A DNA stretch of 63,250 nt, filler included, from Chiloscyllium plagiosum (lineage: Eukaryota): NCBI RefSeq assembly GCF_004010195.1. It is 4 parts of one record of this genome, joined end to end, with 100 filler letters (N's around TTAATTAATTAA, not from the genome) between each part and the next. Parts side by side here need not be neighbours in the genome. Positions count along the whole stretch, not along the records: positions 1 to 28,545 come from NC_057713.1; positions 28,646 to 50,398 come from NC_057713.1; 2 more parts are not named here. One strand, given 5' to 3'. Below the pieces are notes generated by a model. It had not been told where the DNA came from. It made no database searches and saw nothing but the letters and a program-made list of their open reading frames with translations. Positions 22,771-35,410 of this stretch are shown here, in pieces. A program made the position numbers and the translations under genes. Every line of letters starts with the position of its first letter. Within the stretch, counting starts at the first letter, position 1.

Positions 22771-23531
22771 AACAAAGTTAAAACTCACACAACACCAGAC
22801 TATAGTCCAACAGGTTTATTTGTAAATACAAGTTTTCAGAGAACTGCTCCTTCATCAGGTAGCGAGTGGGACAGGATCATAGGACACAGAATTTATAGTA
22901 AAAGATTAAAATGTCATACAACTGATGTGAAGTATTGAACAAACCTCGATTGCTGTTAAATCTTTAATAACTTAGTGCGATTAAGGTTTTCTCAGTATAA
23001 AAGAAGGTGACATCACCTGAGACGATATATTAAAGGTGTACGGTTAGAGTCTGTCTGTATCCCAACCTTGAGTCAAACCAGTTCCATTTCCAAATTATAA
23101 AATGTCATATGGACTAACTGCCTACAGATCGTATGATTTTTGAACAAAATAGAATGTGTAGTTAGTTCATATGACATTTTATAAATTCCTTTTCTGGGAG
23201 TAGAACCAATCTGACTCAAAGTTAGGATACAGACAGACTCTAGCCTCACACCTATAATGTATTGTCTGAACTGATGTCACCTTCTTTCATACTGATATTG
23301 ACTTGAAAGAAGTTCAGGGATTTACACATTAATCAATTAAAACCTGCAACCCATTCTAAGTGATTAAAGACTCAACAATATGACCTTCTGCTCTAAATTC
23401 TGTGCCTATGATCCTGCCCCACTTAGCTACCTGATAAAAGCTTTGTACTTTCAAATAAACCTGCTGGACTCTAACCTGGTGTCGGGTGATTTTTAACTTT
23501 GTCCACCCCAGTCCAATACCAGCATCTCCAT
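22771..23531. mobile_element. Large fold-back Penelope-like element (family B)
   Basis: 22775-23160 is the approximate reverse complement of 23160-23500; imperfect TSD ACCATCAAAAGTG (22758-22770) / ACTATCAAATGTG (23532-23544). Confidence 0.7.
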
Positions 23532-24139
23532 ACTATCAAATGTGTGGGGGAGGTAGGAAGAGTGGAAAGGGGCAAAATCAAAATGCAGTTGGAGAGAGAG
23601 ATAGAGCACTGTCTCCCCTGTGGTGCCCATGTCTCTCAAAAGCTCCCTCTCCAAGGACACTTGGGCACCATGGCCCCAAAAGAGGGGCAGAGAGGCGGAA
23701 GATATGACCCTCCCTACAACCTGCTGTCTGGGCCTAGTTATAGGCAGTGTGGTCAGGCCCAGTAGTATACTCACACAGACCTCCAATCTGCCCACACTCG
23801 TCCAGACCCAATACCCAAAGATCAGGAGCGTGGGGCTGGTGCAACCAAAAACACAACAAAAGGGTTTTCAAATAACTAAAAAGGAGGGACAGATACCATG
23901 GGTCTGCTTTATTGTTTTCTCCCAGCTGAGTAGGCCATTAATGACGGAACTCATATGCAATGGTTTCACAGGGAGATTAATTATTGATTCCCAAAGGGCC
24001 TTGTGGGAGTTGTCAGACTATTCAACAGACCTCCTGTCTCCACAGGATTTCCTGAGAGAGGGATTTCCTGTTCCATCACTCTTTGACATGTGCACAATTC
24101 GAGAAGGGAAGGACAGTGCAGATACAAAGGATGCTCAAA

Positions 24140-26160
24140 CAAAGGGAAAATGTCTCAAAATGAAAGGTAGGCCATTTAAGTCTGAAGTGAGGAAGAATTT
24201 CTTGACTCAGAATGTTGTAAGTCTTTGGAATTCTCTATCCCAGAAGCCTGCGGAATCTCAGTTATTGAGTACATTCGAGACAGAGATCAATAGATTTCAA
24301 GATGCTAATGACACCAGTGGTGCATCAAGAGCACAAGAAAGTGATCAGCTGTAATCCAGAATAGAGGAGCTGACCTAAGGGGCTGAATGGCCTCCTCCAG
24401 CTCCGATGTTATCCTTTGACAGTCAGGTGAATGCAAGCCTAATTTATGTAAACTCTCCTCATAGGAACATAGCAACAGAAGTAGGCCTTTCAAGAAATGC
24501 CAAAAAGGTCCTTATCATATAAATTTGGAAAAACAAATATGGACAGTAATTCATTGTTTTTTATAAATTAGTTGATGCGTTGTGGACACCACTGGTCGAT
24601 ACAGCATTTATTGTCACAATCCTAACTGCACATGAACTGAGTTGCTTGTTAGGGCTAGGTCAGGCCTAACAAACCTGTTGGAAGTCTTTAAGGAGGTAAC
24701 AAGCAAGTTAGTCCGAGGAGAGCCAGTGAAAAATGATCATTTCAGATTTCCAGAAGGCCTTTGACAAGGTGCAGTAAAGGAAATTGCGAAGTAAGATAAG
24801 AGCCTATGGTGTTAAGGGCAATGATAGAGGACTGGCTGACTGGCAGACAGCAGAGAGTGGGGATAAAAGGACAGCAGTTGGTGACCAGAGGAGTTCCACA
24901 GGTATCAGAGAGACTGCAACTATTCATGTTATCAAATCATAGAGTCATGCAACATGGAAACAGACCCTTCGGTCCAACTCATCCACACCAACTAGATGTC
25001 CTAATCTGACCTAGAACCATTTGCCAGGACTTGGCCAATATCCCTTACATTCTTCCTATTCATTTACCCATCCAGATGCCTTTTAAATGTTGTAATTTTA
25101 ACAGCCCCCACCACTTCCTCTGGCAGCTCATTCCATGCATGCACCACTCTCTGTGTGAAAAAGTTACCCCTCAGTTCTTTTTTAAATCTTTGCCCTCTCA
25201 CCTTAAAACTATGCCCTCTAACTTTGGTCTCCCCCACCACAGGAAAATACCTTGGCTATTCACCCTGTCTATGTCCCTCATGATTTCATATGCCTCAACG
25301 GGATTACCCCTCAGGCTCCTACACGGCAGGGGAAAAAGCCCCAGCCTATTCAGCTTCTCCCTATAACTCAAACCCCCCAACATCCTTGTAAATCATTTCT
25401 GCACCCTCTCCAGTTTAACAACATCCTTATCTATAGAAGTGCAACCAGAATTGTAAGCAGTATGCTAAAAGCAGTCTCACCAATGTCTTGTTTCAGTCTG
25501 TTCTGCTGTCATCGCCTACAGCCCTGTTGTAGACTCAGTCATAGATTCTGCAGACTGAAACCACAAGTCCCACCTTTGCTTTCGACTGTCATAATCGTGG
25601 CAATAGTCACTTTGGACAATTACATGGGAATCAGAACAAAGTCTACTCATACTATTGTGGCTTCGTCGGTAGACAGGGTAGTTAAGAAGGCATTTGATAT
25701 GTTTGCCTTTATTGGTCAGTGCATTGAGGGTAGGAGTTGGGAGGTCACGTTGCAGCTGTACAGAACATTGGTTCGACCACTTTTGAAATACTGCGTTCAG
25801 TTCTGGTCTCCCTGCTATCGGGAGGATGTTGTGAAACTTGAAAGGGTTCGGAAAAGATTTGCTACGGTTGGAGGGTTTGAGCCATAGGGAGAGACTGAAT
25901 CGGCTGGGGCTGTTTTCCCTGGAGGATCAGATGCTGAGGGGTGACGTTGTAGAGGTTTATAAAATCATGAGGGGCATGGATAGAGTAAATAGTCAAGGTC
26001 TTTTCTCCAGGGTGGAGGAGTCCAGAACGAGAGGGCATAGGTTTAAAGTGAGAGGGGAAAGATTTAAAAGGGACTCAAGGTGCAATTTTTTCATACAGTG
26101 GATGGTGTGTGTATAGAATTGAAGTGCTTGAAAAAGTGAGTACAATTACAACATTTAAAA
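24140..26160. mobile_element. Cluster of CR1 fragments: 24140-24410 (+), 24660-24930 (+), 24935-25490 (-), 25655-26160 (+)
   Basis: RKNFLTQNVVSLWNSL; DWLTGRQQRVGIKG; LYRTLVRPLLKYCVQFWSP; RTRGHRFKV. Confidence 0.85.
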
Positions 26161-26544
26161 TTAGCATTAGAATTAGAATACCCAAAGTTAACAAAGATTT
26201 ACAATATCGCCCCTAATGGGGCCTAGTTACAAATCTTAGATGCAAAAAGAGGAATAAAAAAGTAAGAAGCTGCATTACCTTACAGAAATTCATAGTATAA
26301 GTTAGAAATAAGACATAGTTTAAAGGATAAACGTTACAGTCAGACAAACAGATGAACATTACATCACACAGTAGCTCAGCGCAGGGGATTCCACACATAG
26401 TCTGAGCAGCCTCGCAAACCGCTGGCCACCCACACTAGACCCCAGTCCAACAATTATCCGCACTCCAGGTCTCAGTCTCCCTGCTCCACTCCGGCTCTCA
26501 GCTGCACCAAGGTAGATTTTATGCAATTCTAACAGCACGATGAA

Positions 26545-26650
26545 ACCCATGAAGAGAACATGCAAACCCCACGCAGCCAGTCGCCCAAGGATGGAATTGG
26601 CACAGTGGCGCTGTGAGGCAGCAGTGCGAACTACTGAGCCACTGTGCCAA
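26545..26650 (-). mobile_element. HE1-type SINE 5' fragment
   Basis: GCGCTGTGAGGCAGCAGTGC..CTGAGCCACTGTGCC is the reverse complement of the HE1 head. Confidence 0.7.
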
Positions 26651-27559
26651 TTATTTGTGAGCGCAAGATAAAAATTCAGAACACGTTTACAGTTACCACA
26701 CCTGCTTTGCAGAATAAGCAGCTCAAAGAAAGTCTTCTATCTGAAAAGATGAGTTAGCATTAGAATCTGATAATGACAGACCACATTGCAAGGCTGTTCG
26801 AAACTCAGTACAGGCTATGAGATGCCAGTTTCCTTGTCCTGGATGGGTACATGAATTGGAAGGGATTGGAAGGATATGGGGCAAGTGTTGGCAAATGGGA
26901 CTAGATTCGATTCGGATATCTGGTCAGCATGGATGAGCTGGGCCGAAGGGTCTGATTCTGTGCTGTACATCTCTATGAGTCTATAAATGAATAAGCCATC
27001 AGTTTGTTTCCTTTCTTTTATTGCTATGTTGCTGAGAACACTGCACATTTTGCTTGGCATTTTAATTTAGAGTTTTCAGTCTGTTGGTATAAAACATTTA
27101 CACCATGTGGGAATGGCAGTGACATTTTTATTAAATCCTAGCCTGGGGGAACTGAGGAGTTGTTGTTTCCTCATTTGTGAGTTGCTGTTTTTCTGCCCTG
27201 AACACAAGTGAATGTAGGTTTGATCGGAAAGTGCCTCCCTCTAACCCTGCTCTTTATCCTCTTACCTTGATACAGTTTCAACAAGCTGTCACACACAGTG
27301 GCAAGCACCTTGAGGACAGCATGTTTCTTTCTAATTCTGCAGCAGAATGTTTCACAAAGTTTTGCATTCATCTCACCACTCACACCTTTTCTCAGTCAAT
27401 TCAATACAAGAATTACCACTCATCAGACTATTTGGTCTGTTAACAACAGCAGCAAATTGTATTTGCATAGTGCTTTTGACTTAAAAAAAACTACGAATGA
27501 TTGCTTGGTGGGTCAGAACTTAAACATGCTGTAAAAGACGACATGTGATAAGATTGTGA

Positions 27560-28025
27560 AGAAGGCTTGGAAATCTGAGTGATAGGGAGAGGCTGAATAA
27601 GCTGGTGCTGTTTTGCCTGGAGAATTGGAGGCTGAGGGGTGACCTTATAGAGATTTATAAAATCATGAGGGGCATGAATAGGGTAAATAGACAAGGTATT
27701 TTCTCCAGGGTGGGGGAGTCCTGATCTAGATGGCATAGCTTTAGGGTGAGAGGGGAAATATTGAAAAGGGAACTAAGGGGCAACTTTTTCACACAGTGAG
27801 TGGTACGTGTATGGAATGGGCTGCTAGAGGAAGTGGTAGAGACTGGTACAATTGCAACATTTAAAAACCATCTGGATGGGTATATGAATAGGAAGGGTTT
27901 AAAGGAACATGGGCCAAATGTTGGCAAATGGGTCTAGGTTAGGTTAGGATATCTGGTTGGCATGGACGAGATGGACTGAAGAGTCTATTTCAATGTTGTA
28001 CTTCTCTATGACTCTATGACTCTAA
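27560..28025 (+). mobile_element. CR1 3' end
   Basis: GGCTGAGGGGTGACCTTATAGAG..; (CTCTATGA)n tail. Confidence 0.9.
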
Positions 28026-28332
28026 TTTGAAATGTTTCATCCCACACCTATCATGACTGGAATGCAAGAAACCAAACTCAGAACGGGAACACATACGAGG
28101 AGGATGGTTATTGGTGCTGCCATAGAGATGCAGTAGGAATTGTTAACTGTCAATCTTAGTTAGTTCAACTCAGCTCCAAGAAAATGGGCCCTTATTGTTT
28201 GGGATATCACACTGGGGATGCAGTAGGGGAGTCAGCAATTCACATAGCCCTTTCCTCATTGAAAAACGTTCAGAATGTGAGAACATTTATTTTCTTGCTG
28301 ATACAGGTATAAGATACAATATCACAAGACAT

Positions 28333-28545
28333 TCATAGAACATAGAACATAGAAGAATACAGCGCAGTACAGGCTCTTTGGCCCTCGATGTTGCGCCGAT
28401 CCAAGCCCACCTAACCTATACTAACCCACTATCCTCCATATACCTATCCAATGCCCGCTTAAATGCCCATAAAGAGAGAGAGTCCACCACTGCTGCTGGC
28501 AGGGCATTCCATGAACTTACGACTCACTGAGTGAAGAACCTACCC
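28333..28545 (-). mobile_element. CR1 3' end (same subfamily as 16080-16352)
   Basis: (CATAGAA)n tail and reverse-complement similarity to 16140-16350. Confidence 0.88.
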
Positions 28546-28645
28546 NNNNNNNNNNNNNNNNNNNNNNNNNNNNNNNNNNNNNNNNNNNNTTAATTAATTA
28601 ANNNNNNNNNNNNNNNNNNNNNNNNNNNNNNNNNNNNNNNNNNNN
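28546..28645. other. Artificial 100-nt linker (44 N + TTAATTAATTAA + 44 N)
   Basis: Same construct at 50399-50498 and 58289-58388; the core gives stop codons in all six frames. Confidence 0.95.
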
Positions 28646-29335
28646 GGAATAGTTGGAGCACAGCGCCTGTGTAGGTACTGAAGAGGGACTGTTTGACATA
28701 ACCAACAAAGAGGCAGGCGTAGCTGGGGGCCATCTGAGCACGCATGGCCAACTCCTGGATTTGAAGGAAATGGGAGGAGGTAAAGGAAAGATTATTGAGG
28801 GTGAGGACCAGTTCAGCAAGGCAGAGGAGGGTATTGGTGGAGGGGGACTGGTTGGGTCTGTTGGAGAGGAAGAGGTGGAGGACCTGAAGGCCATCGTTGG
28901 GGGTGTGTGGACGTGTATAAAATGCTGGGGGCGGGTAACTGGAAGTTACTGAAGAGATGGAGGGTGTGGTTAGTGTTGCAGATGTAGGTGGGAAGTGCCT
29001 GGACCAAGGGGGAGAGGATGGAGTCGAGATAGGAAGAAATGAGTTCGCTGGGGCAGGAGCATGTGGAGACAGTGAGTTGGCTGGGGTAGTTGGGTTTGTG
29101 GATCTTGGGGACCAGGTAGAACAGGGCAGTATGGGGCTGAGGTACTATATGTTTGGGGGCAGTGAAGGGAAGATCCCCCAGAGGAAATGAGGGCACGGAC
29201 AGTGCGAGTGATTTGGGCCTGATGGGTCATAGTGGGATCGTGGGCAAGGGGGTGGTAGCAGGTGGTGTCGGAGAGCTGGCATTCAGCCTCTGCAACATCG
29301 AGGTCTATTCTCCAGTCCACCACCTTTGTCAGTGG
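28646..29335 (-). mobile_element. Penelope-like reverse transcriptase fragment
   Basis: EAECQLSDTTCYHPLAHDPT; ALFYLVPKIHKPNYP..VSTCSCPSELISSYLDSILSPLVQALPTYI. Confidence 0.88.
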
Positions 29336-29339
29336 GTTT

Positions 29340-30180
29340 GATGATGAACCAAAGATTAATTCAGAGAGAGTGGAGTGCTGCTTATTTGGAGGGTGATGAC
29401 AAAGCCCAGTTTGGGGGGGTGGGGTCGGGACATGGGAGAGCTCTAGCCCTAAAGCTGCTGAACTCAACATTGAGTCTGGAAGGCTGAAGGATCCCAAGGT
29501 GCAACATGAGGAGCTGTTAGTCCAGCTTGCACTGAGCTTAGCTGGAGCACTGCAGCAAGCCTGAGACAGAGATGTTGGCCGGTGGGGGTGCTAAAGTGGG
29601 AGCCAACTGAAAGCTCAGGGTTTTTGTTGTGGACAGAACGCAAGTGTTCTGCAAAGTAGTCACCCAGTCTACGCTTCGTTTCCCCAATGTAGAGGAGATC
29701 ACGTTATGAGCAGTGAATGCAGTAGACTAGCTGGTGAGAAATGCAAGTAAAGTGCTGCTTTACCTGGATGGTATATTTGGATAGTGAGGAGGGAGGAAAT
29801 AAATGGACAGGGGTTACACCTTCTGCAATTGCAGCAGAAGTTGTCTTGAGGCTGTGGAAAGATGTTGGAAGTGAAGGAAGAGTGGACCACGGTGTCCCGG
29901 ATAGAATGGTCCCTGCAGAAGGCTGACAAGTGAGGGGAGGGGCATATGTGTCTGGTGGTGGCTTCTGGCTGGTGGTGGCTTCTGGCTGGTGGTGACGGAA
30001 ATGGTGGCTAATAATTCTCTGGATGTGGATGCTGGCGGGATGGTAGGTGAGGACAAGAGGAACCCTATCGCTGTTGCAGAACAGAAGAGAGGGTGTGAGG
30101 GCAGAAGCGGAGGAGATTGATCGGACCCAGCTGAGGACCCTGTCTACAGCTTTCCTGGGAAATCCTCAGTTGAGGAAGAT
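29340..30180 (-). mobile_element. Penelope-like RT-thumb/GIY-YIG fragment
   Basis: Minus strand LVYCIHCS*RDLLYIGETKRRLGDYFAEHL at about 29640-29730; SAFCRDHSIRDTVVHSS. Confidence 0.82.
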
Positions 30181-31929
30181 TGGGGTCTAGGTAGAGACTG
30201 GGACCTAGGCAACATTAGGCATGGCCACCAAGGATGAAAATTCTAAATCTGGGGGGGATTTGAGGGTCCGGAATTACAGCTCAAAGCAGCAAATAATCCC
30301 AGACAGCAAAGGGTTAACTATACTCAGGACACAGCCGGAGAATTTTAGCAGAATTCTGATCAGTCCGGTCTCAGTTCCAGGTAACTTCACATGAAGTAAC
30401 GTGCCAGGTCTGGGAACGTTACCTAGCCTCAGGTGGCACAGAGGGAGTGGATGTGTGAAGGGTCATGAAAATGGCACGTGCAAACTGTTCAAGTCTCCCA
30501 TTGAGAAGTGCTGAACAACTGCCTTATGGTCTGTAAGGTGCCTTTTGATTACAGTTCAATCCATCGGTGAGACAGCAGACAGCCTGAAGCTAGTGTCCCT
30601 TCCTCAATCAATGACTGCTCGGCGCTCTGCTCCCTCAGTCAAACATTGGTGGTGGTCAGCATCACAAAGTAGGTGTTGGCTCCCAATTTGTCTCAATCTC
30701 TTTTTCAGTCTCAGGAATTGGACACAATCCTTGTTGACAGATTGAAGAACAGATGGCCTTCTCCTGTGAGAGCCCGTTCAACATGAATAGTGTCACAAAT
30801 TTTGGCTTCTCTAACTTGATGGAGTTTTTTTTGTCTCTTTGTCCCTTTCAGTCAGCATGAATGAGCAGATTTCCAGCTGTCTTTCTGGGTTTGGGCAGGA
30901 AGGTAGAGAGGGAAGGCAAGGATTTCCTGCAGCACAGCCAGGAAAAGCCATCTAATCAATCCTTCTGTGCAAACGCAGGTGGTCCTCTAGCCTTGACTCC
31001 ACTTACAGAGGAAGCATCAGATGAAATCACCGTAATATATATTTTGCTCAATATTTTATTGTGTCGCTGTTCAATGCCACTTTCATAAGTATTGATCGGG
31101 AGAGCAAAGCTTCCCTCAGTGTTGTGCATTTTCTGCTGACATGACGAAAAGAACAACAATTGTTTTAAAGCTTCAAGCTGGTCATCAGGATGAAACCAGG
31201 ATTAAAACTTGAGCTGTTCCCAATTCGCAGCAAGGAATTCCACAGGCCGCTGATAAATACCGCCTCTGTGTTTCTGTCTTTGTCAGAATGGTTGCTTTCA
31301 TTCTTTGTGAAAGCGAGAATGAGATACATCATTCAGTTCGAAAGGAAGCTGTCCCAATGTTGATCTCATGTCGAAATGTGTGAACCACTGGGGCGATTGT
31401 TCCTTTAACAGATTCTGAGCAGCTGATAGAATTTCACTTCTATGCCAGCCAACACTTCCATGTAACTGTTGTTCGCACTTTTGTGCTCCTGAGCAATTTA
31501 TCAATTTTTGGAAGAAGTCGCAAAATGTTCTTTTACACTGTAGTGTCTCTACACTCTCGGAGAGCTGATGTCACGACCAAATGCTTACTGGCCTGGGTCC
31601 GTAGATCTTGATGATCTTGAGGAATAATCAACCCACAGCTAAATGAAGAAGTACATCAAGTTTACAACACAGATACAGGCCATTCAGCCCATCAGATCCA
31701 TGTTAGTGTTTATACCTTCTTTGGTAGTCCAGGAATTATATTGTTTATGGATAACTGAATAATCAGAAGTGGGTGATAAAAGAGGCAAGGTGTTCAGTTG
31801 TGACATATTTGATTTGATTTCTTATTGTCAATGTTCTGAGGTACAATGGAAAGTTTTGTTTTGCATGCAGTACAGGCAAATGATACAACACAAAGGGCAT
31901 AAGGATAATAGAACGGAGCAAGGAGTGTT

Positions 31930-33237
31930 GAAAATCGAAAGAACTACAAATACATTAAGGACAAAAGAGTAACTAGGGAGAGAATAGGGCCCATTAAAAA
32001 TCAGCAAGGCCACCTCTGTGTGGAACTGCAGGAGATGGGGGAGGTACTAAATGAGTATTTTGCATCAGTGTTTACTGTGGCAAAGGATATGGAAGATAAG
32101 GAAGATGGGGAAGTAAATAGCGACAGCTTGAAAAATGTCCATATTACATTTATTATGTCCTTCCCAAAATGAGGTGACCAGAACTGCATACAATTTTCCA
32201 AGCGTGGTCTCACCAGACCTCCACAGAGCTGCAGCATAACCTCATGGATCTTAAACTCCATCCCCCTGCTAATGAAAGCCAACACATCATTCGCCTTCTT
32301 GACAACGCTATCAAGTTGGTTGGCAACTTTGAGGGATCTACGGACATGGACCCCAAGATCCCTCTGTTCCTCCACACTGCCAAGAATCCTGCCTTTAACT
32401 CTGTAATCTGCATTCAAATTCAACCTACCAAAGTGAATAACTTCACATTTTACCAGGTCGAACTCCATCTGTCACTTATCAGCCCAGTTTTGCATCCTGT
32501 CAATTCCCACTGCAACCTACAACAGCCTTCCACACTATCTACCACAACACCAACCTTTGTGTCATCAGCAAACTTACTGACCCACCCTTCCACTTCCTCA
32601 TCTAAGTCATTTTTAAAAATCACAAACAGCAGAGGTCCCATAACCACTCTCTGTGTAACACCACTGGTCACCATGCTCCAGGCTGAATACTTTCCATCTA
32701 CCACCATCCTCTGTCTTCTATGGGCCAGCCAATTCTGTATCCAGAAAGCCAGATTTCCCTGTATCCCATGCCTCCTTACTTTCTGAATGAGACTACCTTA
32801 CTAAAATCCATGGACACCATATCCGCTGCTCTGCCTTCAACCTGTTTTGTCTCATCTTCAGAGAATTCAGTGAGGTTTGTGAGGCATGAGCTGCCCCTCA
32901 CAAAGCCATGCTGACTATCTCTAATCAAACTATGGCTTTCCAATTAATTGTAAATCCTGTCTCTCAGAATCCTCTCCAGTATTTTACCCACCACAGATGG
33001 GAGACTGACTATTCTGTAATTCCCAAGATTACTCTTGCTCCCTTTCTTGAACAGGGGACTAACATTTGGCACCCTCCAATCATCTGACACTACTCCAGTG
33101 GACAGTGAGGATGTAAAGATCATCGCTAATGGTGCATCAATCTCTTCCCTCTCTTCATGTAGTAACCTAGGGAAAATCCCGTCTGGCTCAGGGGACTTGT
33201 CTGTCCTTATGATTTTCAAAATCTTCAGCACATCCAG
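31930..33237. mobile_element. CR1 ORF2 fragments: 31930-32146 (+) and 32147-33237 (-)
   Basis: + EVLNEYFASVFT; - DKSPEPDGIFPRLL, SKFADDTKVG, LVRPRLENCMQFWSP. Confidence 0.9.
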
Positions 33238-33801
33238 AACTATATTTGCAGATACATTCTATTTTGCTCAAGAAATGCACAATCTGCCGGCAGTCAATCC
33301 ATGTAACACTTTGTAAATTCCATTTTGGAAATAGAACCAGTCTGACTCAAGATTGGGATACAGACAGACTCTAACTTCACACCTTTAAGGCATTGTCTGA
33401 GCTGAGATGTCACCTTTTGTTATAACACCTTAAGTTATCTTGAGAATGTGACTTAAAAGACATTCTGGGATTTACATATTAATGAACCGAAACCTGCAAT
33501 CCTTTCTAAAAGATGAAAGATGTAACATTCTAGGTTTGTTCAATATATCATTTCAGCTGCATGACACTGTAATCTTTCACTACAAATTCTGTGTCTTCTG
33601 GTCCTGTTTCACAACCACCTGATGAAGGAGCAGAGCTTCGAAAGCTAGTGCTTCCAGATAAACCAGGCCAAAGTGAGGACTGCAGATGCTGGAAACCAGA
33701 CTCTAAATCAGAGTGGTGCTGGAAAAGCACAGCAGGTCAGGCAGCATCCGAGGAGCAGAAAAATCAGTTGCACTATAACTTGGTGTTGAGTGATTTTTAA
33801 C
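33238..33801 (+). mobile_element. Penelope-like terminal repeat (family B) with a nested family-A fragment at 33665-33765 (-)
   Basis: Similar to 23180-23500 and 38415-38527; intact hammerhead at 33616-33650. Confidence 0.75.
33616..33650 (+). ncRNA. Minimal hammerhead motif (family B, intact)
   Basis: CAC-CUGAUGA-A-GGAGC-AGA-GCUUC-GAAA-GCUA-GUG; helix I CAC/GUG. Confidence 0.72.
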
Positions 33802-34539
33802 ATCTATAAAACATTTGAATGGGTATATGAATAGAAAGGGTTCTGAGGGATATGGGCCAACTGCTGGCAAATGGGACAAATTTATTGAGGATATTTGGTC
33901 AGCATGGCCAAGTTGGACTGAAGGCTGTGTTTCTGTGCTGTACATCTCTATAACTCTGTAACTGCGGATGCTGTAAATCAGGAACAAAAATAGAAACTGC
34001 TGGTAGAGGTCAGCAGGTCAGGCAGCATCTGTGAAGAAAAGGCAGTGTCAACATTCTGGGCCGAGTCACCCTCCCTCAGAAAACAAAGGGTAGATGCGCA
34101 GAGAGCAATGTCAACATTAAATTTAGTCGATCTTCATCAATCATAGAGCCCTTAAACCAGAAAGTAGATTTAAGAGAAGATTGTTAGTAGTTCTGATAGA
34201 TAAAGAACTGAGGTTTAGAAGAGCAGAACAATTGTAAGATATGTAAGAATAAGATTTGCTGTAACAGCTCTGATGCCATCTTGATTCCCGGCAATGCTCA
34301 TGTACAAGTTTAGACAGGTTCAAGAACCTCTTCACATGGTGAAAGACCATTTATCTTGGAGTTTTGGTCAATATTGTTCCTTGCACATTGAGATACTATT
34401 TGGGAGTATTTTATGTTGTGGATATCTGCACATACACAGCTCCTTGTTCTTATCACTAAGAAGGGCTCTTCAACTTCTAATGTGCTGTAAGACTCCTTTC
34501 ATTACATCTGCACACAATCGTTTATCAAATACATCTTTT

Positions 34540-35410
34540 TATTTTTATTTGTCCATGGGATGTCAGTATTCCTATCTGGCAATGATTCCCGTCCATTGCT
34601 CTGGCCTCTGAGAACATGGTGATGATCTGCCTTCTTGAACTGTTTCAGTGTTTGGAGATTTAAGGGATGCGTTTAGGGAGGAAATGACCAGATTTTGACC
34701 CAGCGACACTGAAGGAATGGCGATATATTTCCAAGTTCAGGATGGTGAGAGGCTTGGAGGGGCGCCTGCAGGAGGTGGTGTTCCAGTGTATCTGCTGCCC
34801 TGTCCTTTTATATGGAAGTAGTTGTGGGTTTATAAGGTGCTGTCCGAGAATTTTTGGCGAATTTCTGCAGTGCGTCCAGTTGATGGTATACACTGCTGCT
34901 CGAGAGTCAGTGGTGGATGATTTGGAGGATAGCTACTGTGGTTCCTTTGTTCAGAAGGACAGCAGGGATAGACCAGGTAATTACAGGCCAGTTAGTTTGA
35001 TATCAGTGGTCAGGAAATTATTGGAAAAAGTTCTGAGGGACTGGATTAATTAATGTTTGGAATATCTGTCATTGATCAGGGATAGTCAGCATGGATTTGC
35101 GAGGAGATCCTGTCTGACTAATTTAATTGATTTGTTTGAAAATGCGGCTAAACATATTGAGGGTGGTGCAGTTGATGAAGTGATGGTGACAATCAAGTGG
35201 GCTGCTTTGTCCTTGACAGTGTCAATCTTCTTGATTATTGTTGGAGCCGCACCCTCCAGGCATCTAGGGAGTATTCCATCACAGTCCTGACTTGTCCATT
35301 GTAGATTATAGGGAGTCAGGAGGTGAGTTATCAGCTGGAGAATTTCTAGTTGCTGACCTACTCTTGGAGCTACTGTGTTTACATGTAGAGTCCTGCTAAG
35401 TTTCTGGCTG
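34540..35410 (-). mobile_element. Old L2/CR1-clade LINE 3' fragment, interrupted at 34925-35181
   Basis: Reverse-complement similarity to 53918-54345 (..TATATTTCCAAGT(T)CAGGATGGTG.., AATCAAGTGGGCTGCTTTGTCC). Confidence 0.7.

Noticed and set aside
23620..24354. 244-aa ORF as a novel protein
   Set aside because: No recognisable domain; its last third is a CR1 3' fragment (RKNFLTQNVVSLWNSL); most likely a chance open frame.
28590..28601. TTAATTAATTAA as a biological motif
   Set aside because: Centred in identical 100-nt N linkers three times; artificial.
30852..30902. Possible 51-nt coding exon (AG..GT, SMNEQISSCLSGFGQE)
   Set aside because: Weak donor (GTAGAG), no recognisable protein and no partner exons; not supportable without RNA data.
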